48,539 nucleotides of DNA from a virus. Numbering within the stretch: position 1 is the stretch's first letter; the number at the start of each line of letters is the position of its first letter. Made by a program: the position numbers and the translations under genes. The notes under the pieces were generated by a model. It was given only the letters and a program-made list of their open reading frames with translations, ran no database searches and was not told where the DNA came from. Location of the stretch: positions 1 to 48,539 of the IMG/VR virus record IMGVR_UViG_3300024520_000006. One strand, written 5' to 3'. Shown here in pieces: positions 7,747 to 14,606 of this stretch.

Positions 7747-10286
7747 TGGCGTTAGCAGAAGGTGTAGGCAGTAAGTGGTCAATCGGTATTGATGGCAAGG
7801 GCTATATGATTTCGACTCTGGATCAAGAGTCACCCTTTGAATACCGCAGTTTTGCAGAACAAGCTGTACCTCTAAGAACGCCACGAATTGACACTAGCCC
7901 TGAGCCAGGTGAAGCTTCTCTAGGGGATCTGTGGGTCAGGTCTCAACATGATTGGTCCGGTGGCATGGGTCAGGACATTCTAGATGGTGAGAACTCAAAT
8001 CGGCTTATGGCTCAGGAACTTGCAGGGTATGATCCGTTTATAGAAGGCGGTTTGGCAAAGGCTTCCCCAGCTATACTTGACCAAATCACTGGAGTAACCG
8101 GTTTTGGCCCTATGGTATCTTTGGGTGACCTTATGTATGTCATCACTGGCACCAAAATACATAGGTGGGATGAGACAATAGTGGAAGAGAACGTAACAGT
8201 TACTACTCGTTATGACACAGAAGGCTTCCATCATAATTTTCTAGGTCATGGGGATTATCTCTATTGGGCTACAGCCAGCGGTATCTATAGAGTCTTAACC
8301 ACTGACTCTTATGGAGTTTGGTCTGAAGCTGAATCGCTAGTAAACAACCTTACTAACTGCACCGTACTTGAGTTTGGTAAAGGTAGATTGATAGCTTGTA
8401 GAGCCAATGATATCCACATCATTGATGACCTAACCTCTGCTACCTCGGGAGCTACAGCCCACTATACCCATATAGATACTTCCTGGATATGGAGTGATGC
8501 TGACGAATTAGGGCAAGGATTCTATATAGCTGGCAACAGTGAGTCCGAATCTAAATTATACCTTATGTCATTCGATACCACAGATGCCTCTGCTGGTCTT
8601 ACTATAGGGATCCCAAGAGAAGTATGGAGAGCTCCTGCAGATGAGAGGATTCTTTGTGTGGAATCTTATGCCGGTTCTGCCCTACTTATTGGTACTACTA
8701 GAGGTGTAAGGAATGTCATTGTAATTGACCAAGACGGTAATGTAGTTGTTGGCCCAGTGATTGAGGTTCATGACAGGGCTAAGGTTGCAAGTATCGCTAC
8801 TTGGGGTCGATATGCTTTCTTTGGTTATGGGTTCCTTAATGAGTTTACTAATCAAAACGCCTTCATGGCCAAGCTAGATCTAAGTACTTTCTCTTTTGCT
8901 GCTCCCTATAAGATTACCTATTACCAAGGTAATACTGATTACCATGCTTATATACCCCCATGGTACTCTGAAGGTAAAGCTCCAGTGATGTCATTAAATG
9001 ATACAGGTACGGCTACCTGGAATGGAAGAATACCAGAGGAGAACAAGAAACTATCTAACGTAACCACTGGTATATCAACAGGCGTTATCCGGTTCGGATC
9101 AGATGTGGAGAAAGAGGTAAGGTCTCTTGAAGTTGGTATTGATCCAGCTAGTGTCTCTGTCTTAGGTTTTACATCGGATATGCCTATAGCTGCAACACCT
9201 GATGCTATCGCTGAACTTGGGGATGTTATATTCCAAATTAGTGCTAATTCGTGGGCAGCAGGTGTTGGTGGGACTACCTGGTTTATGCAAGGCAATAATG
9301 ATACCGATTATCGTTGGCGAATTAGGATAGATAGTAACCGTTATCTTATTGTTCAATGGGTAGATACTACAGACACCATTAGAACTGCTACCTCTACTGT
9401 AGCTGTACCTAATTGGGATGGCTCAGACCACATCTTTATACGGATCATAGGTCTAGATGGTACTAACTCATCCGTTAGTTTCAAGTACTATGAGGGGTTC
9501 CCCGATAATGAGTACCCGGATAGTGCTGATTGGACCACTATTGATGATGTGACAATAGGGCCGTATCCAATTAAGACAGCCGGCGGATATGACACCTATC
9601 CTATAAAGCTCATCTATGACTATGATGTCTCTGGTAGACCATTCCTTTATGCCTTCGATGCGTGGGCTAATTTATACACCACTAACACCTATGAACCAGT
9701 AATCAAATTTAGGCCTACTAATCACTATCCTGATATTGCTGGAGTCTATTGGACCTTAGCCGATACTTGGAAAAACTCTCCACGTTTGAAGGTTCTATAT
9801 AATCCAGATGAGCAGGGCTGGAAAAGATTAACCGACCAGATATATAGTCCTGTAGAGCCCAATATCACTTTGACCTTCCCTGATAATATGGTTATACGAT
9901 CCATACAATTAAGGCTTACTTCTTCTGTTGTCAATAATGAGGGACCGGTACATGGGATCAAGAGTTGGCGATTGACTTCAGAGCCTGTACCTACACCCAG
10001 ATATTTCAGGTACTATGTGCCTATTATGTTGTATGACTCCATGACCACTCTTGATGGCCACAGAATAAGTAGACAAGGGTTAGCTGATGAGTACTTAGGG
10101 TACTTAGAAACCCTATACCGTAATGGTACTGCATTCGATTTCCAAAAACCTCAGGGTTACCTTGATCCAACAGCCTTAACAAGAGTTCGGATTGAAGAAA
10201 TGGAATTCAAATCATATGCCCCGCCTGAAGGTGCTTCAGGGTTTGGCGGTATTGCTTTGGTAGTATTGAAAGAGGTAGCAACATGA
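7746..10286 (+). CDS. 846-aa tail protein (nozzle or tubular-B type candidate)
   Basis: Large ORF with TAATG overlap to the upstream gene, beta-rich sequence, lies between the head genes and the lysis cassette. Function is inferred from size and position only. Confidence 0.65.
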   Translation: MALAEGVGSKWSIGIDGKGYMISTLDQESPFEYRSFAEQAVPLRTPRIDTSPEPGEASLGDLWVRSQHDWSGGMGQDILDGENSNRLMAQELAGYDPFIEGGLAKASPAILDQITGVTGFGPMVSLGDLMYVITGTKIHRWDETIVEENVTVTTRYDTEGFHHNFLGHGDYLYWATASGIYRVLTTDSYGVWSEAESLVNNLTNCTVLEFGKGRLIACRANDIHIIDDLTSATSGATAHYTHIDTSWIWSDADELGQGFYIAGNSESESKLYLMSFDTTDASAGLTIGIPREVWRAPADERILCVESYAGSALLIGTTRGVRNVIVIDQDGNVVVGPVIEVHDRAKVASIATWGRYAFFGYGFLNEFTNQNAFMAKLDLSTFSFAAPYKITYYQGNTDYHAYIPPWYSEGKAPVMSLNDTGTATWNGRIPEENKKLSNVTTGISTGVIRFGSDVEKEVRSLEVGIDPASVSVLGFTSDMPIAATPDAIAELGDVIFQISANSWAAGVGGTTWFMQGNNDTDYRWRIRIDSNRYLIVQWVDTTDTIRTATSTVAVPNWDGSDHIFIRIIGLDGTNSSVSFKYYEGFPDNEYPDSADWTTIDDVTIGPYPIKTAGGYDTYPIKLIYDYDVSGRPFLYAFDAWANLYTTNTYEPVIKFRPTNHYPDIAGVYWTLADTWKNSPRLKVLYNPDEQGWKRLTDQIYSPVEPNITLTFPDNMVIRSIQLRLTSSVVNNEGPVHGIKSWRLTSEPVPTPRYFRYYVPIMLYDSMTTLDGHRISRQGLADEYLGYLETLYRNGTAFDFQKPQGYLDPTALTRVRIEEMEFKSYAPPEGASGFGGIALVVLKEVAT

Positions 10287-10603
10287 CCGATGAGACCCTG
10301 AGTAGGAGAGAGGCTGACAGCCATCTTACTCAGGTAATAAAGTTGGTACGAGATACCAACTCAAGGACCATCATCATTGATGAACGCCTCAAAGAAATTA
10401 ATGGTACTGTATCCAGACATAATGAGGAACTTTTTGGTAACCAGCATACTGTTGGTGTAGTAAGAGAGTTGGAAGAGATCCATGACTTTATGGTATCTAC
10501 TAAAAGCGGTATCAAGATAATGATTACCTTACTTAGTGCTGTAGGCATAGGTAATGTCCTTCTACTCATCTCTTTAGTATCCAAGATAGGAGAGACAAAT
10601 TGA
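10283..10603 (+). CDS. 106-aa protein with a single C-terminal transmembrane helix (holin or lysis-accessory candidate)
   Basis: ATGA overlap with the upstream gene; IKIMITLLSAVGIGNVLLLISLV hydrophobic segment; immediately precedes the endolysin. Confidence 0.6.
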   Translation: MTDETLSRREADSHLTQVIKLVRDTNSRTIIIDERLKEINGTVSRHNEELFGNQHTVGVVRELEEIHDFMVSTKSGIKIMITLLSAVGIGNVLLLISLVSKIGETN

Positions 10604-11397
10604 CTGTACCTGTATTCTTCCCTAACTCTGAGTGGATAGGTTCAATGCGTCAAGGTAAAGAGTGGCGTGGTGAAACCGCTCCTATTCTTGTGATCCATAC
10701 TCTTGAAGGAAACTATTGGCCTGATCCTCAACGCTGGGAATCGCCATCCCATATTGTATGTAATCCTAATACTGGCGAGATCAAGCAATATGTATCCATG
10801 AACAAGGCTGCCTATTCAGTAAGAGATAATGCGTTGGAAGATGATTACCCAACTTGGCAAGTCGAATTGTGGGGTAAAGCAGCCAATGTACCAGGTTATT
10901 CTGATGAGTGGTATCAAGGAGTAGCTAACCTTTTAGATACTTTCCACGATGTTTACAACATTCCTGTGGTATTCGCCGACTTCTCCAATGTAAGCTACGG
11001 TGCAGATGCTCCACAGAGAATGACTGACGAGGCAATCCGTGCTTTCTCTGGGTTCCTTGGTCATTGTCACATGGGTAAGGGAGTCGATACTCATTGGGAC
11101 CCAGGGGAACTGGACGTGGAGAAAGTTAAAGGCTTTATGAAGGAGAGGGATAGTGTGTGGGCTAATGACATAACCGACAAGACTTGGATGACCATGTTTC
11201 ATAACGGTGTACCTGGGGTTAGTGGGTTTGGTAGGTACTATTGTTCAAACGATGGAACATATGTATGGCCAAGTAATGCGCCATGGGGATCTGACCCCCA
11301 TCCTACTGCGCCAGACGGGCAAGCCAACTACGATGAGAAGGTAAACGCTCTTAACTATTTGCTGCAAGGATTCGCAATAGCAGCAGGAACAGGATAG
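10600..11397 (+). CDS. Endolysin, N-acetylmuramoyl-L-alanine amidase (Amidase_2/PGRP-like) with extra C-terminal domain
   Basis: TTG start behind SD GGAGAG; ILVIHTLEG ... GHCHMGKGVDTHWDPG fits the Zn-ligand pattern of T7-lysozyme-type amidases; flanked by membrane proteins. Confidence 0.65.
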   Translation: MTVPVFFPNSEWIGSMRQGKEWRGETAPILVIHTLEGNYWPDPQRWESPSHIVCNPNTGEIKQYVSMNKAAYSVRDNALEDDYPTWQVELWGKAANVPGYSDEWYQGVANLLDTFHDVYNIPVVFADFSNVSYGADAPQRMTDEAIRAFSGFLGHCHMGKGVDTHWDPGELDVEKVKGFMKERDSVWANDITDKTWMTMFHNGVPGVSGFGRYYCSNDGTYVWPSNAPWGSDPHPTAPDGQANYDEKVNALNYLLQGFAIAAGTG

Positions 11398-11402
11398 AGA
11401 CC

Positions 11403-11612
11403 ATGAAGAAACTGTGGGATAGAATTTGGAATGCAGAACCTGTGATTTTCTCAGGTGCACTGGCTACTACATGGACAGGTGTCGTTACCTTCGATAAGGT
11501 ATCCGATGATTTCTCCATCAATGTATGGATATACGTTATAATGATTGCGGTAACTATATTCTTGACAGCGATCACTCGTAATCAGGTTGAGGTCTCCAAC
11601 GATTCAGAGTGA
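11403..11612 (+). CDS. 69-aa protein with two transmembrane helices (holin candidate)
   Basis: Two hydrophobic segments (VIFSGALATTWTGVVTF, VWIYVIMIAVTIFLTAI); last gene of the late arm, next to the endolysin. Confidence 0.6.
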   Translation: MKKLWDRIWNAEPVIFSGALATTWTGVVTFDKVSDDFSINVWIYVIMIAVTIFLTAITRNQVEVSNDSE

Positions 11613-11906
11613 ATCTAGCTCAGAATCAATATCCTGTATTACGTTTAAGGCGCCTCTCGTAGACGTTATCATTGCGGAAACGCCCCCTTGCTGTCGTATA
11701 CGCTGAAGCATTAACCGCTGTCTTGGTTTGAGCGTAGACTCTTTCCCAGGTACTTTGACTTCAAAGCCTATGAATCTACCTCTGTAGCATCCCATGATAT
11801 CTGGTAGACCAGATACCTGAGATGCTGATCCATGAATCTTGAACCAGAAACCGCCTCGGCGTTTCAAGGTTTTGATAATTAATGAGGTTAATTTGGTTTC
11901 ATTCAT
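11604..11906 (-). CDS. VRR-NUC / PD-(D/E)xK nuclease
   Basis: GLPDIMGCYRGRFIGFEVKVPG matches the VRR-NUC core (PD...E.K); its 3' end overlaps the convergent holin-like gene by 9 bp. Confidence 0.7.
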   Translation of the reverse strand: MNETKLTSLIIKTLKRRGGFWFKIHGSASQVSGLPDIMGCYRGRFIGFEVKVPGKESTLKPRQRLMLQRIRQQGGVSAMITSTRGALNVIQDIDSELDSL

Positions 11907-11913
11907 AAGAAGA

Positions 11914-11944
11914 AGGAGGGAGGAGCACTGGTCTCCTCCCTCCT
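11914..11944 (-). terminator. Perfect 12-bp SD/anti-SD hairpin (AGGAGGGAGGAG-7 nt-CTCCTCCCTCCT); terminator and/or translational lock
   Basis: Read directly; on the minus strand it is followed by TCTTCTTATG, so the ATG of the VRR-NUC gene lies 7 nt after the stem. Confidence 0.55.
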
Positions 11945-11982
11945 GCTAGCAGAGCGAGCCTCCGAGAAGGTCTCACCAATTG

Positions 11983-12011
11983 ATTCTATAGCTCATCTTC
12001 GTCGAGGTCAA
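11983..12011 (-). promoter_or_regulatory. Sigma70-like promoter candidate TTGACC-17-TAGAAT
   Basis: Minus-strand hexamers at 12011-12006 and 11988-11983, spacer exactly 17; lies in the last codons of the SSB-like gene, upstream of the hairpin and nuclease gene. Confidence 0.4.
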
Positions 12012-12723
12012 TCTCCTCATCGTCGTCCTCATCTTCGAGAGCTTCGAGGATTTCTGCTTTCTTCATGCCTTTTTTGTATACGCCTTGCTCTCTGGCATAG
12101 GCACGGAGCTCCTTGATTCCGAGGTCGTGGAAGTCTACTTCGTCATCTTCCTCATCCTCGTCGTCCCAGTCCTCATCTTCCTCGTCTTCCTCATCTTCTT
12201 CATCTTCCTCGTCGTCCTCTTCCTCATCTTCGTCAGAGTCTTCCGAGTCATCTTCCCAGTCGTCGTCTTCCTCTTCCTCCTCATCTTCTTCCTCTTCCTC
12301 AAGGAGAGCTTCGGGGAAAATGTCATTGATTTCGGAACGAGTCTTACCTTCATATTCCCCATCAACAACTTCAATACCACAGGTACGACCGACAAGGCGA
12401 TTGAGTGGGATATTCATGGTTGAGTCTTTGACTTTCACACCAAGTGACTCAAGGACTGCACGGAAGTTCCACAATGCCTTTGCTGTTAGCACATTGTTAT
12501 ACCAGAACCTTTGTCCTTCGTACTTCTCGTGATCCACGATATCGAAAGTCCACTTGACCATGGGGTCACCGGCTTTGGATTTCGTTGTCTCTACGCTAGA
12601 GACCTTTGCCTTGTAATTACCCTCTGCTATTCGGGCACGACGCTTGGCTCTGGATTCAACGCCCTTAAAATCAACCTTAACGACGTTCTTATCAGAGGTT
12701 CTTTTTGTTTTCTTAGCCATCAC
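11986..12723 (-). CDS. SSB-like protein (resembles DUF669 family) with ~55-residue poly-Asp/Glu tract and HeH/SAP-like motif
   Basis: The N-terminal 140 aa resemble phage DUF669 ssDNA-binding proteins (from memory). Then EEEEEDEEEEEDDDWEDDSEDSDEDEEEDDEEDEEDEEDEEDEDWDDEDEEDDE, then IKELRAYAREQGVYKKGMKKAEILEAL, then a second acidic tail. Adjacent to the Sak4-like ATPase. Confidence 0.65.
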   Translation of the reverse strand: MMAKKTKRTSDKNVVKVDFKGVESRAKRRARIAEGNYKAKVSSVETTKSKAGDPMVKWTFDIVDHEKYEGQRFWYNNVLTAKALWNFRAVLESLGVKVKDSTMNIPLNRLVGRTCGIEVVDGEYEGKTRSEINDIFPEALLEEEEEDEEEEEDDDWEDDSEDSDEDEEEDDEEDEEDEEDEEDEDWDDEDEEDDEVDFHDLGIKELRAYAREQGVYKKGMKKAEILEALEDEDDDEEIDLDEDEL

Positions 12724-13547
12724 TTACCTTTCTCGGCTCGTTCTATTTTCCTCACCAACTTGGGGATGGTGACATTGTAGGCATGACGAGGAAGCCACGG
12801 TTTGCTTGCGCCTAGTGGTGTTACTCGTTCGCCAACCAATAGGTCAGGGTCTCTGAAAGTTACCCCATACCTTATTGTGTCGGATTCTTCATCTATCTCC
12901 TCTCCTTCCTCATCTTCCAAAAATGTTCTTGCCAGAATGCTGGGCTTTTCGGTCACAAAACTGCGGATCGAAGGCGAGAAATCTGGTACCTTATCAACAC
13001 CAAGTTTCTCAGCTTGTTCCTCATTCAATGTGCGTTCCTGAGCGGTATAGATAAGGTGCATGTTTCTAGTCTGACACACTTCTTCCAATTCCTCCATGAA
13101 CTCAGTAATGAGAGTACCCAGCCTACCCCACGTTCGTTGATCTGTGGTACCAGGTGACCGTGCTTCATCCCTAGCTTCCTCATCTTTGTTGATATACCTG
13201 AGGCCTACTCTGACAAGGGCAGACATGGTATCTACTACCACAGTTTGTCTGTCGTGATCCGCATACCTCAGGTAGTGGATGAAGTCATAGGTGTCTTTCC
13301 AACGTAGTGGACGATACGTCCCATCTTTATTACGTGGAAATACCTGAAGGTCCTTCTGTTTACGGACAGTCATTGTGCCCTTCTCTGCCTCAAGTAAAAT
13401 AACTTTAGGGCCCGTACATGCAAGGGCTGTCTTACCTGACTTCACTCTACCCCATACCATCATATAGATAAGAGAGGGTGATGTGGTAACTGGTACTATT
13501 CTCGATTCAACCAGTTTGATTCTGCGTTCCCGTTTACTGTCTGCCAA
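12720..13547 (-). CDS. Sak4-like RecA-fold ATPase (AAA_24-type recombination protein)
   Basis: Walker A in MVWGRVKSGKTALA, Walker-B-like TVVVDTMS; ATGA overlap with the downstream gene; classic ATPase/SSB/exonuclease neighbourhood. Confidence 0.7.
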   Translation of the reverse strand: MADSKRERRIKLVESRIVPVTTSPSLIYMMVWGRVKSGKTALACTGPKVILLEAEKGTMTVRKQKDLQVFPRNKDGTYRPLRWKDTYDFIHYLRYADHDRQTVVVDTMSALVRVGLRYINKDEEARDEARSPGTTDQRTWGRLGTLITEFMEELEEVCQTRNMHLIYTAQERTLNEEQAEKLGVDKVPDFSPSIRSFVTEKPSILARTFLEDEEGEEIDEESDTIRYGVTFRDPDLLVGERVTPLGASKPWLPRHAYNVTIPKLVRKIERAEKGK

Positions 13548-14547
13548 GTTTCCTCCCTTCCAGGTAAGTACTCGGCTGATACTTTGTTCTCCTCATAAAC
13601 TTTCCGTCTCCTCCCATGAGTTCTACCATACAAAGTTCGTGGTAATCACAATCCCAATCACAGGACATAATCATGGTACGAGTCCAAGGGTCCTCATCAT
13701 TATCTTCCATGAAGTCATACCAAGCGGCCATCTCTTGCATGGTATAGTCAAGCTCCTCGACCAGACGATTCTCTATTTCCTTGGGCTTAACTATCTTGGT
13801 CCTCTTGAAATACTGATTGGAACCCTTGAGCGTACGGAGTTGTGTCTTCCATCTGTCTGGTATGTTTGGCCAGTCTTCCGAATAGTATTCTTTGAGGAAG
13901 GTAGCAAGGGTGTAGTAGTCAGTGTCCATACGCCGCTTACTGATTGACCCATCCTGATTGATTGTCGGTATCGTTGGTGGCTTCGTCTTGATGTAGTTGT
14001 ACCCAAATGTATCTACCTCTAAGCCTGCGATACGCAAACCCCAAGGGTATAACCCAGATTGTAGATCCTGCATCCTGAACTCAGCGGATGGCACAGACTT
14101 CGTGGTCTTATGGTCCCACACTATTGTTTGCTTTAGTACCTTGTCATAAACTATGAGATCAGGCTTGAAAGAAAACTCATGGCCATTAGGGTGCTCGACT
14201 ATGAAGGTCTCCTCAACATGGAGAATCTCCCAGTCCTTGTCATCGTCCTTCCAGTGATAGAGGTAGGCTTTAATCATCCGCTCTACTTCACTGGGTAGAT
14301 CCCCGTAGAACTCTCGTTCCTCAAGTAGAAGGGTATTGAATTTCTTAGTCAAAGCCTTATGGGCTATTCGCCAATCCCTACCCATGTAATGGTACTGGAG
14401 ACATTCGTGCATCCATGTACCTCTACGAAGTGGCAAGGATGGGAGTCTTGTTTCCAAACCTTCGACCATACTGTAATAGTACTGCCGCTTACATCGCCTA
14501 AACTTCTTAGCCGACGATGGAGATATTTTGATGAGGGTTTCTTCCAT
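13534..14547 (-). CDS. Cas4/RecB-family PD-(D/E)xK exonuclease with Fe-S cysteines
   Basis: FKPDLIVYD...IVWDHKTTK nuclease core; N-terminal Cys (RCKRQYYY) plus C-terminal CDWDCDYHELC, as in Cas4/AddB-type clusters. Confidence 0.75.
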   Translation of the reverse strand: MEETLIKISPSSAKKFRRCKRQYYYSMVEGLETRLPSLPLRRGTWMHECLQYHYMGRDWRIAHKALTKKFNTLLLEEREFYGDLPSEVERMIKAYLYHWKDDDKDWEILHVEETFIVEHPNGHEFSFKPDLIVYDKVLKQTIVWDHKTTKSVPSAEFRMQDLQSGLYPWGLRIAGLEVDTFGYNYIKTKPPTIPTINQDGSISKRRMDTDYYTLATFLKEYYSEDWPNIPDRWKTQLRTLKGSNQYFKRTKIVKPKEIENRLVEELDYTMQEMAAWYDFMEDNDEDPWTRTMIMSCDWDCDYHELCMVELMGGDGKFMRRTKYQPSTYLEGRKLGRQ

Positions 14548-14606
14548 TGCTCGCTCTCTTTGCTAGCTGTTAGTCTAATATACCTCAGTGAGATACGTCA
14601 ACTACC

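Noticed and set aside
12085-12532. Three ORF-track entries across the acidic tract: 12085..12423 (+), 12113..12532 (+, poly-Ser), 12135..12395 (-, K/R/M/T-rich)
   Set aside because: These are alternative-frame readings of the GAA/GAC/GAG low-complexity repeat that encodes the poly-Asp/Glu tail of the SSB-like gene. They have no SD, and their composition is an artefact of the repeat.
14560-14600. TTGACG followed by TATATT/TAGACT between the polymerase and exonuclease genes
   Set aside because: No -10 candidate sits at a 16-18 nt spacing with better than 4/6 matches, so the evidence is too weak to call an internal promoter.
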